From a virus (taxonomy: Duplodnaviria > Caudoviricetes): a stretch of DNA of 64,000 nucleotides. Location of the stretch: positions 1-64,000 of the IMG/VR virus record IMGVR_UViG_3300049320_000001, one strand, 5' to 3'. A program made the translations under genes and the position numbers. Below are positions 16,701 through 25,100 of the stretch, one piece after another (position 1 is the stretch's first letter; the number at the start of each line of letters is the position of its first letter). The notes below the pieces were generated by a model, which was given only the letters and a program-made list of their open reading frames with translations, made no database searches and was not told where the DNA came from.

Positions 16701-17917
16701 ATGCCCTGCGTGCCACTTCTGGTGTAGTTGCCCTGGATGCTCCTCTGGGGCTGACGGCTCAGCCAGTGGTCGAGGCGCTGGTTGGTTCGTCCCTCAGTGC
16801 TCCTGCGTCACTTGTTGCACAGCCGTTGGTGGTTGCACCTGTCAGCGCCTCGCTGACGGCTCCTGCCTACCTGGCGGCTGGTGTCACTCCCACCACCTCG
16901 GGAGAGGCGCTCCTGGCGGCTCCTGCGGCTCTCACTGCTGACCCAACAGTCACAGCGTTCACCTCTGCTTCTCTAGTCGCTCCTGTATCGATGACCACCC
17001 AGCCGCTGGTCTCGATGCCTGCGCTGGTGGATCTCAGTGCCCCTGCCGCACTCACGGTCAGTGGACTCAGGGAGACCGCAGGAGCCACAGGCTTCACCGC
17101 ACCCCTCTCGCTGTCTGTCAGTGCCACACGGACCACCACAGCCTCTGCTGACCTCACTGCACCGGCAGCCCTCTCTACGAGTGGGAACCGTGAGACCACA
17201 GGGACGGTGGATCTCACCGCACCTGTCTCTTTGACGGCTGCCCCTTACAAGACCACCACCGCATCGGCTTCCCTGAACGCCCCTGCGACCCTCTCGGCCA
17301 ACTTCCAGTCCACCATCGAGGCGTTCGCAGAACTGCACGCCCCTGCCTTCTTGAGCACCGGTCCGCTGGTGGTGAAGAGTGCTGGGGCTCTCCTCAACGC
17401 CCCCGCTGCTCTCACCGCAGTTGAGGCCCTCACCACCTACGGCTCCACCTCCCTGTCGGCTGCTCCTTCCCTGACCGCACAGCCCACGGTCACCAGCAGC
17501 GCTAGTGCCTCGCTGAGCGCTCCTGCCACCCTCACGGGGGCAGTCACCCAGACCTCTCTGGGATCAGTCAGCCTCAATGCGCCCCTGGCTCTGAGTGTCA
17601 GTGCTAACCGCGTCATCGAGGTGGCCGCAGCGCTTGATGCTGCTGCCCTGGTGGTGGTGGGGGCTGAGCGCACCACGAGCACTCAGGTGCTGCTCACCGC
17701 GCCCCTGGACCTGGTGGCTTCTGCCACCCACATCAGTACCAACCGGGTCTACACCAAGGCTCGGGGTGGGACGAAGGCGGGGACGGCCACGGGCATCTCT
17801 CGGGTGCTCGTCAGCGCTGGTAGCACCGTGGGTAGTTCAGCCATCGGGAGCGACAACGCCGTACTCTCGGCTGAGGGTGGCACCTCGTCGGCTACAGGGA
17901 AGGGCGGGACCTTGTGA
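13733..17917 (+). CDS. Large virion protein (1394 aa): Fn3 and carbohydrate-binding-like N-terminal half, about 20-aa repeat C-terminal half
   Basis: PPNAPENVSAT..V.V.W.AP..G..P..YKVYR and YDDTSV..GVTY.Y.V (split Fn3) flanking a CBM-like insert; many LxAPAxL repeats. Confidence 0.75.
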   Translation: MAISFRAAAAWAASASTSTAPTVALPTGWQPGDLHILTVLWKQKTATLTAPSGWTEVTDASGESNNGTAYGSSTGDVEIKRYYRVAESGDNSVVIAALSGGSTNNTSGNVVIAEITGFQNATGSWVVAGALALINTSSLVWNGSSSTAPGLATGDYLAWATGMNSAAFTQSGTSLTATGATISAFTAAPGKGSSTVGSDIAGWTGYASVTAGSNNTTVTFQQSQSSSMYGLMSLVRIREFVPPNAPENVSATGDVDSVLVDWDAPASGTAPTAYKVYREDERLTGNSATFTSGTGTWTVDANATVSHNATDGRLVVTATSAVANATVRNTSTASITTTGQPVLPGDVITYTGQFRVSSGARTWRPHRIFVYDASGALLTSTLGSSTAPTTMTAFSSSVTAPANAAFVLVGPEGYTISSAVGDAIEIDNASVVIRRVVGTPSAPTTQYDDTSVVTGVTYTYWVTGDSAGGEGAASSTVTGQIATPTTYTGSAALNAPASMSTSGLRETTGTLNLNAPASVVVQPIVEALPTSSLNAPANLAVVGSLEAFTSASFSAPANMVANGVIVTADWSDSDAWSDSDPWPGPHGGGGTTYTGTASLTAPASLSSAGTRQTSGTVPLNAAASLSATATITANAAAVLNAPANLATAGTRETTAAVPLNAAASLTAQPLVVKSGAADLNAPVSISISPVVTEMAAASLTAPVAISTSATRTTTAATNLNAPGSLSATAVVTEMAAADLSAPPSISTSGTRTTAAAVTLNAPALVTAQPIVTMPVTAGLAAPAALTATPLVDAQVAAALAAPPSLSTAATRTTTGATGLNAPADLTATATVTQFVSAALSAPPSLSTEGTRATEATVALTAPVSLAVSATRTTEAQASLTAPAALSADASTNSIVSASAALSAPADLSTSPIQTSFGAVGLTAPASLSATAQVTVLVAADLTAPVVLDLLPYVTEMASVAISAPPDITAQPYVEALVSAPLATPASMATDALRATSGVVALDAPLGLTAQPVVEALVGSSLSAPASLVAQPLVVAPVSASLTAPAYLAAGVTPTTSGEALLAAPAALTADPTVTAFTSASLVAPVSMTTQPLVSMPALVDLSAPAALTVSGLRETAGATGFTAPLSLSVSATRTTTASADLTAPAALSTSGNRETTGTVDLTAPVSLTAAPYKTTTASASLNAPATLSANFQSTIEAFAELHAPAFLSTGPLVVKSAGALLNAPAALTAVEALTTYGSTSLSAAPSLTAQPTVTSSASASLSAPATLTGAVTQTSLGSVSLNAPLALSVSANRVIEVAAALDAAALVVVGAERTTSTQVLLTAPLDLVASATHISTNRVYTKARGGTKAGTATGISRVLVSAGSTVGSSAIGSDNAVLSAEGGTSSATGKGGTL
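15190..17720 (+). repeat. Degenerate tandem about 60-bp (20-aa) coding repeat array
   Basis: Recurring (A/S)xLxAPAx(L/I)xxx every about 20 residues, interrupted once by DWSDSDAWSDSDPW. Confidence 0.8.
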
Positions 17918-18672
17918 CGTACGAGTTGGGCTCTGTTGTCCGCATTGGTCCTGAGGTCTTCACCAACATCGATGACGATCTGGTGGATCCCGCCACTGTG
18001 ACTGTGACGATCAAGAAGCCAGATGGCGCTACCGAAGACCATCCTGGTGTGCGGGAGTCACTGGGCACCTTCTACTACGACTTCACCCCTGTCACCGCAG
18101 GCACGTACTACTACAAGTGGTCTACAACTGGCACGGCCTACGTGGCGCATGTCAGTTCCTTCCAGGTGCAGGACACCTTTGCCAACCCTGTGTGGTCCTA
18201 CTCGGGCGATCCCGTCGCTACGCCAAAGGACACCGTTCGCTTCCTCCTTGGCGATACTGATCCGTCAGACCCGTTGCTCTCAGATCAGGCCATCGCCTTT
18301 CTGATCACATCATGGGTCAACGTCTACTCCGCTGCCGCTGCTGGTGCAGAGCAGATCGCGGGTCAGTTCGCCAGGGAGGTAACAAACTCCGGTGATGGGG
18401 TGACGATTGACTTCGATCGTCTCCAGGAGAAGTACATGATCTTGGCTGGCCAGTTGCGCCTGCTGGCCAAGAGAGTGGGTCGGGCTGCCTCTCCGTACGT
18501 CGGTGGGATGAGCAAGACCGAGACCGAGCGTGCCCTGATGGATGGGGACACGGAGTTGACCACCTTCGGTACCGGGATGCACGACATCTACCGCGATGGT
18601 GCCTCTGGCGGCGACACAGTTGGTCAGCGCCTCAACAAGTTGAAGTCTGACCAGTCTGGTGGGGCCACATGA
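17914..18672 (+). CDS. Head-tail adaptor with N-terminal Ig-like domain
   Basis: VTVTIKKPDG..GTFYYDF..AGTYYYKW then WSYSGDP..KDTVRFLLGDTD..LLSD..I.. Confidence 0.7.
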   Translation: MTYELGSVVRIGPEVFTNIDDDLVDPATVTVTIKKPDGATEDHPGVRESLGTFYYDFTPVTAGTYYYKWSTTGTAYVAHVSSFQVQDTFANPVWSYSGDPVATPKDTVRFLLGDTDPSDPLLSDQAIAFLITSWVNVYSAAAAGAEQIAGQFAREVTNSGDGVTIDFDRLQEKYMILAGQLRLLAKRVGRAASPYVGGMSKTETERALMDGDTELTTFGTGMHDIYRDGASGGDTVGQRLNKLKSDQSGGAT

Positions 18673-19106
18673 TCCGCCCCGCCATGCCGTCCAAGCGGGC
18701 TCTGAGGTACGCCGACCTCAAGGCTCGGACGCAGATGACCTCCAAGGTCACGGTGTACCGGCCCTCTGCCCCGGTCTTCAACGCCACCACCGGCATGATC
18801 ACCGCAACCAAGAGCCCCGATCCCATCTATGTCGGTACTGCTCGCATCCGCCCAACGACAGGTGGTCAGCAGATCAACGTGGGAGACGGGGCTCTCGTGT
18901 TGCGTACGACCACCTTCTCCTTCCCGGAGGAGGCCACGGAGATCAGGGTGGATGACCTGATCCACGTAGATACCTGTGCCGAGGACTCAGAGATGAACGG
19001 TCAGGAGTTCCGCATCCTGGACGTATCCATCGGGGGGATTCTGGACCCCACCAGAAAGGCCACTACCTCCCAGGTCGAGCCCAACCCCTTCCACCCACAG
19101 ACATGA
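18669..19106 (+). CDS. Head-to-tail stopper (DUF6093-like)
   Basis: MTSKVTVYRP..IYVGTARIRP..FSFP..IRVDDLIHV..EFRI; syntenic position. Confidence 0.65.
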   Translation: MIRPAMPSKRALRYADLKARTQMTSKVTVYRPSAPVFNATTGMITATKSPDPIYVGTARIRPTTGGQQINVGDGALVLRTTTFSFPEEATEIRVDDLIHVDTCAEDSEMNGQEFRILDVSIGGILDPTRKATTSQVEPNPFHPQT

Positions 19107-19164
19107 CAACCTTCGTGCCAGCAGGAGTGCGCCATCCCCCACTCCTGCTGGCTCGTGGGAGGTC

Positions 19165-19785
19165 GTGATGAGCAACGCAGACGCGACAGTAGACCTTCGG
19201 GCTCTCACTGCCGATCTTGCTGCTGCCTCAGGACAGCCCTACAAGCAGATCGCGGAGCGCCTGGTGTCCGAGGGGGCTCAGCAGGTCGAGAAGTTCGCCT
19301 ATGCCTACTCGCCAGTAAGAACGGGCTTCAACAGGTCCGTGATCCTCGCTCAGGTCAACGGGATGTCAGCGGAGATCGTGGCCCACGCCCCATACTCACG
19401 GGCACTGGAGTACGGCACTGGGACCCGAGGAGAGTTCCCTGGCCGTCCCATCGTGATCCACGCCAAGCCAGGAGGGGTGCTGGCCTTCAAGGGACGTGAC
19501 GGGAAGATGGTCTTCGTGAAGAAGGTGGTCAGCCCAGGTATGGCTCCTCGCCCCTTCATGCGCCCTGCCGTGGAGCGGGTTGCCTGGCCTTTGGCCACTT
19601 CCCTGGCTAACAATGCGGTGGTGATGATCACCCATGGTCCTAACCACCCTGAGTCCCTTCTCAATGCTCCTGCCTCGTCCCCCTACAACCAGACTGCCCA
19701 GGCCAAGGGGCAGGCTGAGGCTCTGGCGCTGGTGCAGACAGGTCTGCACTCCAAGCGCACCATCCAGAAGTCGTTGATCCAGTGA
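19165..19785 (+). CDS. HK97 gp10-like neck/tail completion protein
   Basis: SPVRTG.NRS.I..A..APY...LEYGTG..V..PG..PRPFMRPA. Confidence 0.8.
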   Translation: MMSNADATVDLRALTADLAAASGQPYKQIAERLVSEGAQQVEKFAYAYSPVRTGFNRSVILAQVNGMSAEIVAHAPYSRALEYGTGTRGEFPGRPIVIHAKPGGVLAFKGRDGKMVFVKKVVSPGMAPRPFMRPAVERVAWPLATSLANNAVVMITHGPNHPESLLNAPASSPYNQTAQAKGQAEALALVQTGLHSKRTIQKSLIQ

Positions 19786-20261
19786 GCGGGGCCAGGCTCG
19801 ACCGTGGGGCGATCACGGACGCGGTGATCGCTACTGCTGAGTTGGTGGGCTTCCCCATCGGTGACGCCGAGGCTCCTCGGGATGGGGTCGCTGGATGGCA
19901 GGGAGGTCAGCCCAACCAGGACGGGACGAACTTCGTGCCGTACTCGGTGATCACACCCCTTTCTGTCACCACGGGTAGTGGACCACTGAGCGACAGCGAG
20001 GGTGACCTCGTGATCCCCTATGCAGTGACGTCCTATGGGGTGTCGCGTAAGCAGTGTGAGTGGATGGCGGACTCAGTCCGCTTGGTACTAGACGGGCTTA
20101 CGCGAACCAACATCGTGATGTTTGCAGGTAAGCCAACTGAATACGCACGACGAGTACAGCAAGTCGTTGATCAGACCATCGGGGCTGTTCAGCGTGTAAG
20201 CGACACCGACCCTGCCTACTACGGGCAGTCAGACGTACTGGCTCTCTGGACGAGTCGGTAG
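19782..20261 (+). CDS. Tail terminator
   Basis: Position before major tail gene; PY.V..VTSYG.SR.Q.EW.AD.VR. Confidence 0.65.
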   Translation: MSGARLDRGAITDAVIATAELVGFPIGDAEAPRDGVAGWQGGQPNQDGTNFVPYSVITPLSVTTGSGPLSDSEGDLVIPYAVTSYGVSRKQCEWMADSVRLVLDGLTRTNIVMFAGKPTEYARRVQQVVDQTIGAVQRVSDTDPAYYGQSDVLALWTSR

Positions 20262-20272
20262 GAGGAGATCAG

Positions 20273-20512
20273 ATGTCCGAGTACGGCAACCGCGAGGTCA
20301 CCATCGTCGCCCCCTTCGACAGCACGGTGAGTGCCACGGTCCAGGAGGAGTCCCTCCCGGTCTGGCTCGCCAACGGCTGGCGTGTTGGTGCCCCTGACTC
20401 CCCGGAGGCTCAGGCCCCCGCTCCCGATGCTCAGGCTCCGCAGGATGGTGTGGTGGCTGACCCGCAGGTACAGCCCGCGCCTGCGCCTGTTGCGCCTGTT
20501 GTCAAGAAGTAG
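20273..20512 (+). CDS. Small hypothetical protein
   Basis: RBS AGGAGGAG; V..ESLPVWLANGW then P/A-rich tail. Confidence 0.7.
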   Translation: MSEYGNREVTIVAPFDSTVSATVQEESLPVWLANGWRVGAPDSPEAQAPAPDAQAPQDGVVADPQVQPAPAPVAPVVKK

Positions 20513-20583
20513 TCCACGACACCACACCAGCCAGCAGTCACGATGACCACGGTTGTCTTGGACGCTGAACAAGGAGATCTCTG

Positions 20584-21408
20584 ATGGCCCGCATCATCCC
20601 TAACCAGAACTCGTACATCTTGTTCTGTGCGTCCATGGCGAACTACAACGCCCCGACTCAGGCCGAGGTACAGGCCGGGATCAACCTGACCCCGTTCATC
20701 GTCTCGATCAACGCCTCGACTCGCGGCAACGTGGTTGCTACTCCGGACTTCTCCACGCGGTTCGAGACGAACATCCCCGGTACGGTCACCTCGACCTTCG
20801 AGTCCGACATGTACCGGGATGACTCGGCTGACACCGCGTGGCTGGCCCTTCCGCGTAGCACCTCTGGGTACTTCGTGATCAGCCGCTTCGGTGGCAAGGG
20901 TGGTCCTGGTATCACCCTCACCACGCCCACCGGCACCACGGTGACCCCGCAGGGCACCTCCGGCTCGACCACCTACTCCTACCGCGTGTCTGCGGTCGGT
21001 GGTGGTGGTGAGACGCTGGCGGCTACCGCTGCGACCACGGCCACGGGTAACGCCACCCTCAGCCCGACCAACTTCAACCGGGTCACCTGGGGTGCGGTGG
21101 CTAACGCCACTGGCTACAACGTCTACGGTCGTACGGCGGCTGGTGAGCAGAAGTTGGCCTTCGTCCTGACCAACACCTTCGATGACACGGGCTCGCAGTT
21201 CTACACGCCCTCCGGTGCCGTTCCTGGCTCCAACACCACGGGCACCACGACCCCGCTCTACAGCCCGGTTGCTGGTGACCTGGTCGAGGTCTGGCCGACC
21301 CGGATCGTCGCTCGTGCGGCTCAGAACCTGACGAACAACACGGCACAGATGTTCAGCGTCCAGGCTGCTGTCTACCTGACGCCGAACGAGGCTGCTCGTA
21401 TCGTCTAA
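20584..21408 (+). CDS. Major tail protein with inserted Ig/Fn3-like domain
   Basis: APTQAEVQAGINLT..TPDF.TRF..IPG..MYRD..AW..L..GY.VI.R.G, insert TYSYRVSAV..VTW.AV.NATGYNVYGR, then GDLVEVWP. Confidence 0.85.
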   Translation: MARIIPNQNSYILFCASMANYNAPTQAEVQAGINLTPFIVSINASTRGNVVATPDFSTRFETNIPGTVTSTFESDMYRDDSADTAWLALPRSTSGYFVISRFGGKGGPGITLTTPTGTTVTPQGTSGSTTYSYRVSAVGGGGETLAATAATTATGNATLSPTNFNRVTWGAVANATGYNVYGRTAAGEQKLAFVLTNTFDDTGSQFYTPSGAVPGSNTTGTTTPLYSPVAGDLVEVWPTRIVARAAQNLTNNTAQMFSVQAAVYLTPNEAARIV

Positions 21409-21433
21409 GCAGCGTTAGACAACTAGGCCGGGG

Positions 21434-21865
21434 ATGGCCATGGTTAGGAACACAACCTTGGAGGCACTGAAAGTGGCTGACGCGCAGCGTAAGAGGGCTT
21501 CGCTCGACATCCTGACTAGCAAGCGTCAGGTCGAGAAGGAAGTCACGATTGTGGTCCCAGGCGAAGATGGACCGGAAGAGATGACACTTCTCTTCCGGTC
21601 CATCGGGTCTAAGGAGTACGACAGGCTGGTGACCTCCTGTCCCCCGCGTGCTGATCAGAAGCGCGAGGGCTCGTCGTACGACATCGACAAGTTCGGGCCT
21701 GAGTTGATCTCTCGCGTGTGCGTGGACCCGGTGATGACCGTGGAGGATGCACGGGCTATCTGGAACTCTGAGCACTGGAACCGTGGTGAGGTCTGGTCGC
21801 TGTTCTCCTCGGCGGTCGAGGTCTGCACCAACGGCCTAGAGGTGGGACCTACCAACAGCGGCTGA
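21434..21865 (+). CDS. Tail assembly chaperone
   Basis: Between major tail and tape measure; FRSIG..YD.L...PP..F.PELI..CVDP..W..GE..LF..A. Confidence 0.8.
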   Translation: MAMVRNTTLEALKVADAQRKRASLDILTSKRQVEKEVTIVVPGEDGPEEMTLLFRSIGSKEYDRLVTSCPPRADQKREGSSYDIDKFGPELISRVCVDPVMTVEDARAIWNSEHWNRGEVWSLFSSAVEVCTNGLEVGPTNSG

Positions 21866-21891
21866 GGGATGATCCTCAGTTCGCTCTGGAG

Positions 21892-22194
21892 ATGGGCTAC
21901 TGCTACGACAAGGCCATTCCCCACTCGGAGTTCATGGAGTGGGATGGCGTTGATCGTTCCAAGATCTTGGCCTATCGCATGGAAGAAGCCTCCAAGTGCC
22001 AGATGTGTGGCACCGCTCCATGGGAGTGGGAAGAGGACAGGTTCGCCTATGAGCCGGTCCAGCACATGTGCCACGGCTGCTACCTGAAAGACATTGCCTC
22101 GGAAACGGAGCAGAATACGCCAGGGGTGTCTGTCATCCTGCTGCCGTCCAGGGCAGTGACAGATGACATGCGCCAGGGAGGTAGGCAGCGGTGA
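21892..22194 (+). CDS. Second tail assembly chaperone segment (probably a -1 frameshift product)
   Basis: Frame is open upstream of the ATG across the first chaperone stop (GGTYQQRLRDDPQFALEM); classic G/GT arrangement. Confidence 0.65.
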   Translation: MGYCYDKAIPHSEFMEWDGVDRSKILAYRMEEASKCQMCGTAPWEWEEDRFAYEPVQHMCHGCYLKDIASETEQNTPGVSVILLPSRAVTDDMRQGGRQR

Positions 22195-25100
22195 CCACTC
22201 CCTCGGGCGGCATGGATCGCAACGTCAAGGTCAACCTCACTGCTGACGTCGATCCCTTCCAGCGCTCCATGGAAGTGGCTACCAAGAGCATCGAGAAGAC
22301 GACCAACGCCGTCGTGGTGCTGGCCAAGAAGATCGATGAGTTGTGGAAGTCCGCTGGCAAGAAGTTGGAGTTGTTCGGGGCCGGTGGCCTCGCCTCTCTC
22401 GTCGCGGCTACTGAGGCTGCCTCTCGTCTGGACATCGCCTTCCGGGGGGTGAGGTCCACCGCTGCTGTCACCGGACAGGCGGTCAGGGAACTCAAGGAGG
22501 GAGCCGAAGGTCTCGCCCGAGCCCTACCGGCGAGTAACTCTCAGGTAGCCCAGTTGATGGGTCAGGTCCAAGACCTGGGAGTGCGGGGTACTGAGAACAT
22601 CGTCAAGTTCACCGAGGTGGCCCTGAGGCTGGCGACAGCCACCAACACGGCCCCTGGTGAGTTGTTCTCCGGCCTCATGCAGTTGACCCGCACCATGAAC
22701 GGTTCGACCCAAGACCTGGAGCGGTACTCCTCCTCCCTGGTGGCCCTGTCCAAGAACAACGGGGTGGCTGCCCAGAGCGTCATCGGCTTCTCCAACGCAA
22801 TCGAGGCGGTCGCCTCCCGTGCCGGTTACACCCAGGCACAGGTGCTTGGCCTGTCTACCGCCTTCGCCAGGGCTGGTGCCGACTCTGGTGCCGGTGCGAC
22901 CGCCTTCATCAAGGTCACCAATGACATCTCGGAGGCCATGCGTACTGGATCCAAGCAGTTGGACACCTACGCCAACCTGGTGGGGATGAGCCGCCAGCGC
23001 TTCCAGGCTCTCGCTCAGGACAACCCGGCTGAGGCCTTCATCAAGGTCATCGAGGCCATCAAGGACTCCGGTCCCAAGGGGATCGCCATCCTCCAGCAGT
23101 TGGGTCTGGACAGCATCCGCACCCAGCGCGCTGTGGCAGCCCTGACCTCGGGGCAGGCCAACCTCAAGCAGACCCTTGAGGAGTCCTCGGAGGCCTACCG
23201 CAAGAACGAGGCCCTGAACAAGGCTTCCAACGCTGCCTACGCCGATCTGTCTAGTGCGATGACCAAGTTCCGCACTGCCATCGCTCAGGTTGCGGAAGCC
23301 ATGGGTGGCCCCTTCTTGGGAGTGGCCACCAAGATGGTGGAAGCCCTCACCAAGGTCATCAACGTCTTCAACACCCTCCCTGGCCCGGTGAAGACCACCA
23401 TCGCTGTGTTGGCGGCGGTGGGTTCCTCCCTCACCATCGGTGCTGGGGCACTGATGATCATCTCCCTGGCCGTGGTGAAGTTCGGCCTGGCTTGGCGTCT
23501 GATGTCAGGAGCCATGGCCAGCAACGTCTTCAAGGGTCTGTTCGATGGGCTCCGGGGTGCGCCGAGGGCTCTGGACAACACCTCCTCGGCCATGACCCGG
23601 CTGTACAACGCCACCTATAAGACCTCCAACGCCATGCGTGGGTCACGGATGGCAGACACCGGGCCTGGGTTGTTCGGCACGGTTATGGGGGAGTCGGGGA
23701 CCTCCAACCCCATCGGTCTGCCTGGTCGCTACCTCCGCTCCCAGTTGCGTGAGGTGGGCGACACCCTTCGGCACCCACTGGACTACCGCAAGCGCAACCC
23801 TCTGGCCTACTCCGAATACTCCATCGCGGGCATGGGGGTCCGCACCCAGAAGTGGGCTGAGGGACAGGGCAGGCCCGACGAGCACCCCTTCCTCGCCAAG
23901 GCTCGTGATCTCCTCAAGGGCAACCCTGAGGAGAACCTGAGCAAGGCGCAGCAGGAGAACCTGCGTCTTCGTCAGATCGCTGATGAGAAGGCACGGGCCT
24001 ACAAAGAGGGCTACGCCAAGATCAGGGAGGCGATGAGGGAGGACCCCGAGGGGTTCGACCAGCAGGCCGCTACCCACTTCGGCAAGAAGGCCTCCGGTGG
24101 GCTCACTGACAGGCACCGTGAGGTCTACGCCCAGAACGTTGCTCAGGCAGCGGCGAACGAGGCTGCCAAGGCGAAGAAGAAGACCTTCGACCAGGCTGAC
24201 ATCGACAGTGGGCTAGCCCCCTTCAAGGCGATGACCCTGAAGATCAAGACGATGTCTGGCGAGATGGTCGCTGACGTCGGCACCGGCACTGCCAAGATCA
24301 TGGACCTGGTGACTGCGGCCTTCGCCCAGTCGGTAGCCAAGATCGTGGAGTTGGCAGCGCGGGCCAAGATGGCATTGCTGGAGGTCTCCTCTGGCTCTCC
24401 TGGAGTAGCGACCCACGGTCTTGCTGGGGCCATCTCTGGCATGAGCGGAGCCGCCACCAACGCTGGCGAGAAGATCCGTGGCGTCGTCGCTGGGATGAAC
24501 ACCCCCACTGCTGGGCGGGCGGGGATGAACCTCCCCCTCCCCAGCATCCTGGGAGGTTGGGGGCCACTCGCTCCTCACGATGGCACCGGCAACAAGATCA
24601 TCACGCTTTCACAAGCCGGACGGGCTGAGGAGTTTGCTGCGGGCTCTACCCGGCGTACCGGTGCTCTGATGGCCAGCCTGGGGGAGAAGGCTTCTGGCCT
24701 GGCGGCTGGGTTCACTGACATCTCAGGCAAGGTCATGGGCGTGGTAGGCCCCCTTGCCCTCATCGGCACGGCTGCCTTTGCAGCAGGCTCTGCCATCCAC
24801 GCCTTTGCGGAGAAGGGCAAGCAGGCTGCCCTGAAGATGGCCACCACGGGCGAGGAGTTCGCCAACGCCCTAGGCCAGAAGTTCAAGTTGCCCACCTACC
24901 AGGGTGGGGCCAACCTCGAACCCGGTGACCGCCCGAACCCCTATTCGGATGCGGAGTACGCGAAGGCGAACGCTCCTGACTTCATCAAGAAGCACAAGGA
25001 GGACATCGAGCGGTTCCAGACTCTGGGTGACCACGGTGGTGGGGTCAAGGGACAGGCGGCTTACGCCCGCATTCTGCTGGACCGGATGGTGGCCTCTAGT

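Noticed and set aside
15190-17720. CRISPR array or DGR-like repeats
   Set aside because: Repeats are degenerate, in-frame and protein-coding; no identical repeat-spacer units and no reverse transcriptase in the window
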